A stretch of DNA of 64,000 nt from the NCBI GenBank assembly GCA_951406725.2, contig OX597817.1:33418001-33482000 (forward strand), in the 5' to 3' direction. Both the position numbers and the translations under genes were made by a program. Under the pieces are notes generated by a model. The model saw only the letters and a list, made by a program, of their open reading frames with translations. It did no database searches and was not told the DNA's origin. This DNA is from Octopus vulgaris (taxonomy: Eukaryota). Within the stretch, counting starts at the first letter, position 1. The number at the start of each line of letters is the position of its first letter. Below are positions 24,738 through 37,079 of the stretch, piece after piece.

Positions 24738-25612
24738 ATCAATCCATTAAAAAGCCTTCAGATAGATTAGCCCTAGGTCAGTCCTGGTAGAGCAGACCTA
24801 TGATGAAGTGTTCCAGCAATATCCTTCTTGTGTTTTCAAAGCTGGTAGAGCATCATTGGAAGGAGATTGGCTGCCATTTCAAGCAGATCAAATGACTATA
24901 TAGAGCCTAGCTCATTTGCACAAGTTATTAGATTTTGAACTACAATGTCTCCTGAAAATAATGACATTTATGGACAAATAAAAATACATAATCAGTTAAA
25001 TACTTTCATTTTCTTTATATATGCAGGTTTGTTATTACCTTCTGTAGTAATATTTACATGTAATCTTCTTGAAATTTTCATTAAAAGTCCAGTGTTAATT
25101 TATAAAGTAGTATAAAACAATGCTATACAAACCAATGATTTGTGAGACATTGATAGGCTGTTCCTTGCCAGTCAAATGTACAGTTTTTCTGGTCCTCATC
25201 AAAGTGTCTGGAAATGTATGTTTCTGCTCTGGTCATTACTAGAAATAGTAACATCATAGGTAGAACTATTTGACAGGTCATTCAAATCAAATTCTTGATC
25301 TTTGTGCTTTAAACTAACACATCAGTCCATGGTACATTTGAAATTGAAATTCTCATAACAGAATACTTAGGAATTGTTGTTAGTCATTGTTAATCAGATG
25401 AAAATGTTGCATTTTCAAGTCAAGCCTAATGGAGAAGAAATACATTTTTTTGCAACACAAAAATAACGTAGTGTCAGTAGTTTTGGTTGAATCAGTATGA
25501 TTTCAGCCGATATGGTAGCTTGTTCTATGAAGTCAAACCAATATTGCATGGCAGATTAAATATCTTTTAAAAGTTTATATAATCCAGCTGTCAATTTACT
25601 TCTCTGAACATT

Positions 25613-25744
25613 TCAATCACTTTTCTGTTGGGTAACTCCAATGATATCCAGTTTATAGACAATAATTCGGCCGTAAAAGTCAGTACTTGTATTAAACACT
25701 ATTTTAATCAATTGTGCTGTCGGTGATTCGATGATTGGGAAAAT
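25613..25744 (-). CDS. NR2C2AP: NR2C2AP exon 4 (terminal coding exon)
   Basis: Encodes IFPIIESPTAQLIKIVFNTSTDFYGRIIVYKLDIIGVTQQKSD*, matching the family motif TDF(F/Y)GR(V/I)--Y-L. Preceded by a U12 branch site and AC acceptor. Absent from the ORF track. Confidence 0.93.
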   Translation of the reverse strand: MFPIIESPTAQLIKIVFNTSTDFYGRIIVYKLDIIGVTQQKSD

Positions 25745-26291
25745 GTGAGCAAAGTTAAGGAAAAATCAGCAACATTATGAAATAAACAGTTGTGCAATGT
25801 TAGTTTAAAAAAACAAAGGGCAATGACAATGTAAATCAAGAGAATAAGCTTGAAGAAACACTTGAAACTAACTTGTGGATTCTATGGCTTTTAAGAATTT
25901 CACACTAATCATGTTTTGCATTTGGTCCCATTATATAACACTTTGTGAATCTCGTGCCCTGGCCAAGGATTGACTGTCTTGTCATAGAAATCCACCAAAT
26001 ACACACACAATACATACATATATATATACTATTCCGTGATGGAGTACTTTTTTGTTGATCTTACCATCTGGTGAGAGATAAATATTATTTAATAAGCACA
26101 ATGCATATTAATATGTACTACTTTTAGTCTGACATGCTTTCAGCACATGAAACTAACTCTAGAAGGATGAAATGCAAAACTGATTTCTACTTCACCTACT
26201 GCCTTGACAAGATTTGAACTTGTAATATAAATGGATGCAACTAAATACCACGAGGAAATTTGCTTGGAGTGCTACCATCTACTATCTATAT

Positions 26292-26503
26292 CAGGGCTGG
26301 CCAACCTGAAGCCCATGGGCCACATGTAGCCAGCAGACTTTTATCTTGTGGCTTGCTTGATACTTTCTTGAAGTATTGTTTAATTTCAAAATAAAATTGT
26401 GTAAAACATTTGTTTCAAAATAAATGCATAAAATATACAAGCAGCCCTCAAAAAACTTTGTGATTAAAGTGGCCTGCAATGTAATTTGAGTTGGCCAGAC
26501 CTG
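26292..26503. mobile_element. hAT (Charlie-like) MITE
   Basis: TIRs CAGGGCTGGCCAAC and GTTGGCCAGACCTG; perfect 8-bp TSD ATCTATAT (26284-26291 and 26504-26511). Confidence 0.9.
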
Positions 26504-26534
26504 ATCTATATTATATAGATTAATAGAAATATTT

Positions 26535-27065
26535 GTGCTTGAGGAGACCCATTGAGTCAAGTACATCAACACCAAAATAAATATCAAATGGAAATTGTAG
26601 TTGTGATACCTGTGCCGGTGGCACATAAAAAGCACCATCCAAACATGGTTGATGCCAGCGCCACCTTGACTGGCTTCTGTGCCGGTGGCACGTGACCTGC
26701 TGTGCTTGAAGAGACTTATTGAGTCAAGTACATCAACATCAAAATAAATATCAAATGGAAATTGTAGTTGTGATACCTGTGCTGGTAGCACATAAAAAAG
26801 CACCATCCAAACGTGGCCGATGCCAGCACTGCCTTGTGCCAGTGGCCGGTAAAAAGCACCAACCGATCATGGCCGCTGGCAGCTGTACTGGTGGCACGTA
26901 AAAAGCACCCACTACATTCACGAAGTGGTTGGTGTGAGGAAGGGCATCCAGCTGTAGAAACACTGTGAGATCAGACTGGAGCCTGGTGCAGCCTCCTGGC
27001 TTCCCAGACCCAGGTCGGACTGTCCAACCCGTGCTAGCACGGAAAACGGATGTTAAATGATGACG
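26535..27065 (+). mobile_element. Retroposon family D with an internal duplication
   Basis: Segment TGTGCTTGA...GAGTCAAGTACATCAAC...GATGCCAGC occurs twice, followed by the family core and tail. Confidence 0.82.
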
Positions 27066-27395
27066 ATTTGTGTAACATACAATAAACAATTCTGAGATTT
27101 CATTCCTAGCTAGCTGATGTTATTTCCCATTAACAATAAAATGCTAGCAGATTAGGTGAAAAGTGAGAGAGCAAGAGGAAAGAGAAAAATGTCATTCAAT
27201 TTCTCCCACTGACCTTATCTAATTGTACCAATGAAGTAGATTGAAAAATGGGCCAATAAGATAATGCATTGAAATTTCCAAGTAGCTTGCTCTAAAACAA
27301 TGGAAGAACACAAATTATAGCATCGTTAACATAATTACAGAATCATTACCAACAGAAGTAAAATTTCCCACACAAGTTTGTAGCAGAAAGGATAT

Positions 27396-27575
27396 TTGTA
27401 GTGTTGAATCATCTTCTGGATAAAATTTACAACGATATTTTAATTCATTAGAATTAATAGATGGAGACGTTTCTATCCAGCAGTCTTTTCCAGCAAACCC
27501 ACCTTGGAAATTGATAGCAATCTCTTTAATCTCGGCTTGAGTACCTAAATCAACAAGAATCCATTGTGGTGTTCC
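27396..27575 (-). CDS. NR2C2AP: NR2C2AP exon 3
   Basis: tttgtcAG|GGA. Encodes GTPQWILVDL...INFQGGFAGK...KFYPEDDSTLQ, with the family motifs FQGGF and FYPED. 180 nt, phase 0 to 0. Confidence 0.95.
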
Positions 27576-27851
27576 CTGACAAAATATAAAAATATCACTG
27601 TAAAGTGAGAGCATCATGATATAAAATATAGAAGCAGTTTGATATTTGTTTTTCTATTCTGACATAAGTTGAACAGCATTTTTTGTGGTTGACTTTAAAA
27701 AAAACAAAAAAACAGAGCAAGTTCCTGTTTATAGATCAGTCAAAGTAAACATTAAGATGTAAACTGTAGTAAGTTACATGATCTCTACCCATAAAATCTC
27801 ATTAGTAGTAGAAATATATTATGGGGAACATAATCTGAGCCATTATTACAT

Positions 27852-28079
27852 ATTTCTTTATTGCCCACAGGGGGCTAAACACAGAGGGGATAAACAAGGA
27901 CAAACGGCTTAAGTCGGTTATATCGACCCCAGTGCGTGACTGGTACTTAATTTATCGACCCTGAAAAGATGAAAAGCAAAGTCGACCTTGGCGGAATTTG
28001 AACTCAGAACGTAACGGCAGCCGAAATACTGCTAAGAATTTTGCCCGATGTGCTAACGTTTCTGCTAGCTCGTCGCCTT
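27852..28079 (-). mobile_element. SINE family A with TSD TCTGAGCCATT
   Basis: Consensus match; flanking direct repeat. Confidence 0.9.
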
Positions 28080-28094
28080 CTGAGCCATTGTTAT

Positions 28095-28315
28095 AATGGC
28101 TCAGAGTTTGAGGTGAATGGACAGCGAAAGTGAGGTAGACTGAGGAAAACGTGGAGGGGACAGGTGGAGGAGGATATAGGGAGAGTTGGCCCGAGAAGGG
28201 AGGATGCCCAAACCGAGCAAGATGCTGTGCGGGCGATTGTTATGGCATTGAGGTAGATCCGGCCACCCCTGTTTAACAGGGACAAAACCCAGATTCAAAA
28301 TGATGGATGATGATC
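28095..28315 (+). mobile_element. RTE LINE extreme 3' end
   Basis: EFEVNGQRK*GRLRKTWRGQVEEDI resembles the RTE GR---GRP---W motif; (GAT)n tail. Confidence 0.7.
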
Positions 28316-28358
28316 TGGATATGTTCCTAAAACAAAAGTGTTCCACAGTTTTTACAAT

Positions 28359-28746
28359 AGGCACAGTAGTAGCTGTGTGGTAAGTAGCTTGCTAACCAAC
28401 CACATGGTTCCGGGTTCAGTCCCACTGCGTGGCATCTTGGGCAAGTGTCTTCTGCTATAGCCCCGGGCCGACCAATGCCTTGTGAGTGGATTTGGCAGAC
28501 GGAAACTGAAAGAAGCCTGTCGTATATATGTGTGTTTGTGTGTCTGTGTTTGTCCCCTTAGCATTGCTTGACAACCGATGCTGGTGTGTTTACGTCCCCG
28601 TCACTTAGCGGTTCGGCAAAAGAAACCGATAGAATAAGTACTGGGCTTACAAAGAATAAGTCCCGGGGTTGATTTGCTCGACTAAAGGCGGTGCTCCAGC
28701 ATGGCTGCAGTCAAATTACTGAAACAAGTAAAAGAGTAAAGAGTAA
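28359..28746 (+). mobile_element. tRNA-derived SINE, family B
   Basis: Head GGCACAGTAGTAGCTGTGTGGTAAG...GGTTCAGTCCC and tail GACTGAAACAAGTAAAAGAG. Near-identical copy at 40661-41045. Confidence 0.9.
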
Positions 28747-29754
28747 AAATAACCTTAACCTACACACAATTACACATGGAGACCACATGTTACTGTAAGC
28801 ACCATAAGTCATATATAATTAGAACAATAAGGAATAAGTACAGTATGTTTTATAAAACGCCTCCAGTGATATGCAGACAAGCATTATGTATTTATCTACA
28901 ATGGTTGATAATGACAAAAATGGCAAGAATTTCAGAAATACAAATTCACTATTTTTTTGTATGGTTTCAGTCAGGAGGTAAGAAAGGAGTCTGTCCTTCA
29001 CCTTCACAGATTCACCAAGGCTGGGGAGATTGATGGGGTTGATATTTAGGTCAAACAACTGTTATGTCTGTGGAAGTGGTTGCTTGACTTGCTAGAAATA
29101 GCAGCCACATCTCCACAAATATTTTGAGATCAAGGGAGTTTCGAAGACCTGGGTGTTTATCAGCTATGCACATAGTGAATGATACAGAGTTAAGGTTTAC
29201 AAAAGATTTATACTTTGCATCAACTGTGTCAGTGCAGCAGGAATGGGATAATCCAGAAGAATGGGATAATCCAGAAGAATAAAGGTGCTGACTTTAAAGA
29301 AGAGTGGAGTAACAAAGTAAAGTTTTTGTTAATAAAACATTCTTTCAGAAAGCTGAACAACCAAAGAAAATAACACTTTCAACCTTGTATTCAGAAAGTT
29401 GCTACTCTTCCACTTCAGTCACTTTAGCTTTCAAAACAGTGTCCATCTAAGAGCTATGTTGGGTATTCTTAGAAGGGAAGCATATTTCTGGAGATAAGTT
29501 TACTTTTGTTTATCACTGATCTAAGAGACCAAAGTATACTCAATTTCAGTGGTAATCTATAAGCTCTCACACTTCTTAGAATGCTATAATGGACATAAAA
29601 GATGTTTTTTTTCTTCTATGAAGTCAGCATAGGTATTGTGAAAGTCAGACTGAACTGTCCATAATTTAGAGAAAAAAGAAATACCAAACTGATACTAGTT
29701 AAAACCAAACAATGTTAATCTCAGAGAGCCTATGCTGGCATTGGACACAGCTCA

Positions 29755-30378
29755 AGCACGGCTGTGTGGTAAGAAGCTAGCACCCCAAGCTGGCAGACAC
29801 GTTAGCATGCCGGGCAAAATGCGTAGCAGCATTTTATCTGCTGTTATGTTCTGAGTTCAAATTCTGCCGAGGTCGACTTTGCCTTTCATCCTTTCGGGGG
29901 TTGATAAATAAAGTACCAGTTACACACTTGGGTCGATCTAATCGACTAAATCCTTTGTCCTTGTTTGTTCCTTCTATGTTTAGCCCCTTGTGGGCAATAA
30001 AGAAATAAGAAGCTAGCACCCAAACCACATGGTTCTATGTTCAGTCCCTTTGTGTGACACCTTGGACAAGTGTTTTCTATTATAGTTTCAGGTCACCCAA
30101 AGCCTTGTGAGTGGATCTGGTAGATAGAAACTGAAAGAAGCTTGTCGTATATGTGTGTGTGTGTGTGCATGTCTTTGTGTTTGTATTTGTCCCCTAGCAC
30201 TGGAAAACTGGTGTTTGTGTTAACTTAGGGGTTTGGCAAAAAAGACTGAGAGAACAAGAATTAAGCCTAAAATAAAAATTAGTACTTGGGTTGTTCCATT
30301 CAACAATAAATTCTTCAAGGTGGTGTTCTAGCAAGGCCGCAGTCTAATCACTGAACCAAGTAAAAAATAAAAGATAAA
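29755..30378 (+). mobile_element. SINE A (29788-30010) nested in the head of a SINE B
   Basis: The family B head is interrupted; TAAGAAGCTAGCACCC is repeated on both sides of the family A copy. Confidence 0.8.
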
Positions 30379-30436
30379 GCTCCTTCATCCAGACCAAACC
30401 ATACATATATTAATAAAAAGGGAACAAATTGCCTGA

Positions 30437-31010
30437 TCATCATCATCATCGTTTAACATCCGCTTTCCATGCTAGCATGGGTTGGACGATTTGACTGGCG
30501 AACCGGACTCCAATCTGATCTGGCAGAGTTTCTACAGCTGGATGCCCTTCCTAACGCCAACCACTCTGAGAGTGTAGTGGATGCTTTTATGTGCCATCGG
30601 CACGAGGGCCAGTTTGGTGGTACTGGCAACGGCCATGCTCAAATGGTGCTTTTTATGTGCCACTTGCACAGTAGCCAGTCCAGCGGCAGTGGCAACGACC
30701 TTGCTCAAATCTTTTCTTTCACGTTCCACCAGCACAAGTGCTAGTAAGGCGATGCAGGTAACGATCACGCTTGAATGGTGTTTTTAATGTGCCATCGGCA
30801 TGGAGGTCAGCTTGTTGCTCTGGCAACGATCTCACTTGTATGGTACTCTTAGCGCTCCACTAGCAATGGATGCCAGTCAGCGAGTTTGATTTCGATTTCA
30901 CTTGCCTCAACAGGTCTTCGCAAGTAGAGTTTAGTGTCCAATGAAGGAAAGGCACGCATAAGTGGACTGGTTACGCCCCTGGCATAGGCCACAAGGTTAT
31001 GGTCTCACTG
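30437..31010 (-). mobile_element. Retroposon family D
   Basis: Colinear with 15338-16015 through GGCATAGGCCAC...GGTCTCA. Confidence 0.85.
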
Positions 31011-31230
31011 CGCTATATTAATAAACAGGGAACAAATTTCCTGATGAGTATAACATTTTGAAGAAGTACAGAATTAGCTAGAGACTGATGATCCAGCAAA
31101 TCTATCTCTGTCTGAGAAGCAGTAAAACATTGATACTCATCTACCAAACTTATAGGCTAGTTAAGATAACAATTAAGGCAATGAAGAGAAGCAAGGCACA
31201 TGGGATTACTTTACCTAACTGTAAATAAAT

Positions 31231-31450
31231 ACCTATTTCTTTACTACCCACAAGGGGCTAAACACAGAGAGGACAAACAAGGACAGACAAACGGATTAAG
31301 TCGATTATATCGACTCCAGTGTGTAACTGGTACTTATTTAATCAACCCCGAAAGGATGAAAGGCAAAGTCGACCTCAGAACATAGCAGCAGACGAAATAC
31401 CGCAAAGCATTTCGCCCAGCGTGCTAATGTTTCTGCCAGCTCATTGCCAT
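31231..31450 (-). mobile_element. SINE family A
   Basis: Consensus match with a short internal deletion. Confidence 0.85.
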
Positions 31451-31519
31451 GAGATGGTGTAGTTCACTGTCAAAATCTTAGTATACAATGTTTGGTTAGT
31501 TTACAGCAATGAGCTTTAA

Positions 31520-31738
31520 CCCTTTAGTACTTAAACCGGCCATATCCAGCCAAAATAGTTAATCTGTTTTATGTTCAAACTGACCAGATCCAGGCTCTCA
31601 CACCTACCCTACAATGTTATTCTACATTAAGTAATTACACCATCAAGATCTTGAAGATATGAGATAATGCATGGTTAATTCAAATTAATGGGAATCAATA
31701 AGCATTACGTTTGATAGAATAATCTGAACACTAAAGGG
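31520..31738. mobile_element. piggyBac-type MITE (second family)
   Basis: TTAA|CCCTTTAG...CTAAAGGG|TTAA; degenerate reversed relative at about 35870-36090. Confidence 0.82.
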
Positions 31739-31856
31739 TTAAAGATATCCCCACCAGCAAAGCAACTTTACTTCCTTATTTAGTGACCGACTGAAATAAA
31801 CAACATTGGCCATCTAGCCAACAGAGAAGTCTCAAAGCAGTCACTACACTCACTAC

Positions 31857-34668
31857 CAGTGGTTGGCATGGCTAATCAAAAGAATTAGTTTTGCTATCTG
31901 CTAATCTGCTAAGTAAAAAAAATTAACTTCACAAATGCAAAACAAGTAAAAAAAATTAGTGGAAGCTAATGCTAACTGATAACTTTTATCATATGAATTT
32001 AGCTTCGGTTTGGTTTTTTGTCTCTAAAACCCTTAAAAACTGACCTAAAGAGCTGAAATTTTCATGTAGCTTAGACATAGAGCTTTCCAAAAAGGTATAG
32101 GATGCCAAGTTCAGATGATGATGATCAAGGTGTACACAAATAATTAAATGGACAAATGAAATTAAACATTAGTCTTTCAGCCAATGTACACTTTATTTAC
32201 TGTACAAAAAATATTAAATGAATCAAAAAGGTATAGTATAGCATAGGTAACATGCCAAGGTCAGATGATGATCAAGATGTACTACTCTGGCTGGGCTTTT
32301 GCCTCGATGTGATGTTGGTTACCCTTCATAAACATCAGCCTCTCAAAGTTACTATCTGACAGGGTGGCTCCCTTGGCCCACAAAATATCTTTGCCTATAG
32401 AGAATATATTTCTTTACTACCCACAAGAGGCTAAACGCAGAGGGGACAAATGGATTAAGTCGATTACATCGACCCCAGTCCGTAACTGGTACTTAATTTA
32501 TCGACCCCGAAAAGATGAAAGGCAAAGTCGACCTCGGCAAAATTTGAACTCAAAAGGCAGAGGTGCTCAACTACAGCACTGGGTGGGATGGTGGTGTGAT
32601 ACTTGGTGAACAGGTTGACCATGACCTGCTTACCCAAAAAGGTGACTTCAGTCAGGACTTCTTTCGAGATGGCCTCCAGCCAGGTCTTCACCAAGTTCTG
32701 CGCCTTGGACTTCACTGACCTGTGGCTCCTGCTCTCCTGGAACTGAGTGATGTTGCTGAGGAAGTCATCTTCCTCATCCTCATTGCTGGTGGTGCTGTTG
32801 CCCTTCTCATCAGTCTCTATTAGGACTGTCTCTACTATGGTCTCCATGGCATTCGTTACTCTGCTAAGGTGTAACGAAGGAGGCAGGATATTTGATCACA
32901 GTATCTTATAACCATATTTTGTTTATAGAAATCACACAGAATGGAGTTTAACATTTGTTTGTAGGCTGTTCTAAATTCATGGAAATATTGCTTATAATGT
33001 AAAGCCTTGTTATTAAACTTTTGAAAAGAGTGACACTACCCTGATACATGTGGAGGCACATGGCCTAGTGGCTAGAGCAGTGGACTTGCAGTCAAGGGAT
33101 TGCGGGTTTGAATCTCAGACCGGGCAAAGTGTGTGTTTATGAGCGAAACACCTGAGCTCCACACAGCTCCAGCAGAAGGTAATGGCAACCTCTGCTGACT
33201 CTTTCACCATAACTTTCGCTCACTCTTTCTTCCTGCATCTTGCAGCTCACCTGCAACGGACCGGCGTCCTGTCCAGGTGGGGAATCTATATACCAAGGAA
33301 ACCGGTCCTATGAGCCAGGCGTGGCTTGAGAAGGAACAAACAACAACAACAATCCTTATACATGATGTGTTGAAGGTGGGATGAATAACCAAGATGGGGG
33401 ATGGAATGATGGTCAGAATTTGATAATTTCAGAACTTAAGGTTTGTTTATTCATTATTTCATTAAAGACTGCCGTTTTGGCTGTGCAGACTTAATCATGA
33501 GTAGTATATATATATATATATATATACCCTTTATTATATATTATGACATTTACTTGAATTAGCTATTATACATTTTATTACATTAATTAAGAAAATAATT
33601 TTTTAGTAAATGATTAAATTAAATTAAGAAAATATGAAGTACATTATTATAAAAATTTAATAAACCTGTATAATTTTAAGTATCTTTGTAAGATACTCCT
33701 CCAGCCGTTTATGGCTGGTCAAGATCATCCTGCCCAGAGTGTGACAGGGCATTGATGTCTTGTTGGGATTCAGCGTCTTGATCAGACCGACAAATGTGGG
33801 GGACTCCATTACATGCAGTGGTTGCATGTTGTTGACAAACAGGTCTACAATCCTTCTGTCCAAAATAGGCTGCCGAACACCAGTGCCAGCAGCTGGGGCA
33901 AACACCTCGCCAATGCTGGGCTGGCATGCTTTCTTTGCACATGGCTGCGACAACTGGCTACTGGCACTGCTACCAGTAGATTGCCTGTGTTTCCCATGGG
34001 AAGAGCCAGCCTTGATCCTCTACTCAAACTGGATGGCATGTGCTGGGTGTTTCCTCTTGACATGCAACTTCAAGTTGTAGAGACTTGCTGCTTGTCCCTT
34101 GACAGTGGTCTCCTTGGGCTGGCACATGATGCACTGAAAGTACAGGATTTTGGTGTTCCTCTTATCTATTGATGTAAGGACAAAGTAGTCCTCTAGGTGG
34201 GGCCATGGGTTTTGAGACCGCTGGCTCTCAACCTAAGTGACCCCTGCCTCACTCACAGCCATTGCAGACTCCTCAACAGGTGCTTCATCCTCAGGTCGAA
34301 CAAAAACATCTTCCATAATGATAAGTGATGATAACGTGATAAGCCAATAACATACACTGCTGTTGCTGACACTGTAAGACTGTCCGTAATGTGACAACAT
34401 TGTAAGTGAATACAACACAAAACTGCAGAATTGCACAATGCTGCACTGCATCAAGCAATCATATCTGACAGACTCTTTGAGATATACCCACAACAGACAG
34501 GAACAAACATATGGATTTTATTAGCGGACTTAAAGTAAGTGGAACTAAATTTAGCGGAAGCTAATTGGTCCGCTAATAGATTCCAAAGTTAGCAAAAATG
34601 CTAATCTGCTAAACAAATTAATTAGCTAATTAGCAGTTAGTGGATTAGCCGAACCTTGCCCACCACTG
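31857..34668 (-). mobile_element. Internally deleted hAT DNA transposon with transposase pseudogene
   Basis: Termini CAGTGGTTGGCA and TGCCCACCACTG, perfect 8-bp TSD CTCACTAC, subterminal GCTAA repeats. The minus strand encodes a BED finger (PWPHLEDYF...CIMC...NLKLHVKRKH), RIVDLFVNNMQPLHVMESPTF and a C-terminal dimerisation remnant (NLFTKYHTTIPPSAVVE), with in-frame stops. Confidence 0.9.
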
Positions 34669-35261
34669 CTCACTACAAATGCCAGTCAAATTTCCCTTAA
34701 CCCTTTCATTACTGTATTTATTTTGAGATGCTGTGTGTTTCTTTCAATTACTTTAAATATAACAAAGAATTTAGTAAAATAACTTAGTTATCATTAAGCT
34801 AGTGTTAAGAACATAAATTGTGACTAAGTTTTGGTGGAAGATCTTAATTCAAAACTTATGAAAACAAGACATTTATACTGAGAGCCAGAGCTGGGTTGGT
34901 AATGAAAGAGTTATCATAATATGCATTCTTAAAAAAGAAAGAACACACTGGATATGGTGGTCCTAAGTACAATATGTGCCTTGAAAAAAAACAAAAAAAA
35001 ACTCACAGGATGATCATCGTTGGAATATCTTTGATCTACTCAATTATGTCAGACCTAGGGCTAAATAATAGTAGTAACAAACTTCAGTAGATTTTCATGA
35101 ATTACATTACAGACCAATTTCTTAATGAGATAAATTAGATCATCAATGATATCTGTGTTTAGAAGCAACAGTGCCAAATACAATTAAGATGATCTAACAG
35201 AGCATAACTAAAATATATGAGGCCCAGAAAAATCTAGAGAAGAAACATTTATTTAAAGCAT

Positions 35262-35497
35262 AAGGTGGCGAGCTGGCAGAAATATTAGCACGCTGGGCAA
35301 AATGCTTAGCAGCGTTTCATCTGCCCTTATGTTCTGAGCTCAAATTCCGCCGAGGACGACTTTGCCTTTCATCCTTTCGGGGTCGATTAAATAAGTGCCA
35401 ATTACGCACTGGGGGCGATATAATCGATTTAGTCTGTTTGTCTGTCCTTGTTTGTCCCCTCTATGTTTAGCCCCTTATGGGCAATAAAGAAATAAGA
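35262..35497 (+). mobile_element. SINE family A
   Basis: Full-length forward copy, AAGGTGGCGAGCTGGC...AATAAAGAAATAAG. Confidence 0.9.
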
Positions 35498-35578
35498 AAA
35501 AAGAAAAACTGACTTATATCCAATAACAACAGATATAGTATTAAATCTCTTAAGGTCAGCAATTATTTTATACCATAC

Positions 35579-35669
35579 CTCACTTGAATTCCAGCAAGTA
35601 TCATCCTGACAATCAAAGAGGAAACTTTTACCAAATTGCTTCACATCAGAGTTCAACACAGAACTGACC
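35579..35669 (-). CDS. NR2C2AP: NR2C2AP exon 2
   Basis: ctttcAG|G GTC AGT...GAG|GTATGG. Encodes VSSVLNSDVKQFGKSFLFDCQDDTCWNSSE, matching the family motif RVSSVLN----FGK--LFD----TCWNS. Phase 2 to 0. Confidence 0.96.
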
Positions 35670-36186
35670 CTGAAAGCAGAAATTTAACACTGCCATAAAT
35701 GGTTGCAAAAAGAAAGAAAAGAAACAAGTCATCAACATCATCATTTTACATTCACTTTCCATGCTGACATGAGTGAGATATATCATCATGGCCCAAGTCA
35801 TTTCTTATTTGGAGTCAGTGCTCCTGTGCAGGAGCCTGCATGTGATTTAAATAAAAATATGTAATTTAGTCCTGTAGTATTCAGATTTTTTTAATTAAAT
35901 GTAATACAAATTTATTTTCATTGTTTTGAACCAATCATGTATTATTTTGAAGTATTGAAATTTCGATGATGTGATTGTATATTTTTAGAATGACATTATA
36001 GGGTAGGTATGAGAGGCCAGATGTGACCAGTCTGAACATAAAAACAAGTTGAATATCAGAGCTGGATTTTAGCTGGTTTGAATGCTAAAGAAGGATGATA
36101 ACATAAAAATATTTTGTTGTGTCCCAGGAGAGTCACTGTCACTAACAAACAAGTGTACTGGTTCTATTTCATTTCTTTTATTATTA

Positions 36187-36578
36187 CTAGTAGTATCACC
36201 CTGCATTGCCCGGGTTTTTTTCGACCCTTTAGAATTGGAATTTTTGAAAAGTAAAAATGTTGTATTATATAGCTTGTTATTCTCTTTAAGTGAACATTTT
36301 TCTGGTTGAAATACACCGAAAAATGGCGACACAGAAGTAAAAAAATCGTAAAAAATAGGGATCTTCATAGAAAAAAAGCACCTTTTTGATGTAAATAATT
36401 TTTGGTGTTAACATAGTCCGATTTGAAGTTTTTCTTCTACGGAAGGAAGAGCAAGCCTTCTTCTATCATACTCTCAATTTTGGTCAACTTGTGCCGCAGG
36501 GTCTTGGAGGAGATAGTGTTAGTTGAAGGCTACCAAACCTGCCATACACAGACAACTTCAGCTTTATATATATAGAGA
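36187..36578 (-). mobile_element. Non-autonomous Helitron
   Basis: Minus strand starts A|TCTCTATATATATAAAGC and ends with a CCCGGGCAATGCAGGG hairpin and CTAG|T. Confidence 0.72.
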
Positions 36579-37079
36579 TTAGTCAATTAATTAGCATTTA
36601 ACCAACTAACAAATCAATTGTTTGATTAATCAATTAGTCACTCAATCAATCAATCAACTAGGTTAGTCAAAGTTGTTTTGTTGCCATTTGTGACCTCATC
36701 ATTGACATGCCTTCTCTACTCTAGGTCTGCTTGTCTTTGATGAGGATGCAAATTGTGATGAAAGGACATCAAGAAACCTGGCCAATTGATTGATCAATCA
36801 AACAATTGATTATATATTTTAATTTTTACTTGTTTCAGTTAATGAACTGTGGTCATGCTGGGGCACAGCCCTGAAGGGTTCTAGTCAAAGAAATTGACCT
36901 CAGTACTTATCTTTCTTTAAGCCTGGTACTTATTCAGCCAAATTGCTGAATTAAGGGGATGCAAACAAACCAACACTGGTTGTTAAGTGGCGTTGGGAAA
37001 CAAAGACATACACATATACACATGATGGGTTTCTTTCAGTTTCCACCGACCAAATCCACTGACAAGGCATTGATAGGCC

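Larger units (their letters stand above)
25745..27395 (-). other. U12-type (minor spliceosome) AT-AC intron, 1651 nt
   Basis: 5' end ATATCCTTT (27395-27387), branch TTCCTTAAC (25762-25754), 3' end ...TTTGCTCAC. Removal joins ...DSTLQ|IFPI... in frame. Confidence 0.93.

Noticed and set aside
27315-27395. ORF-track extension of NR2C2AP exon 3 (ISFLLQTCVG...)
   Set aside because: Read-through into the U12 intron; the conserved C-terminus is at 25613-25744.
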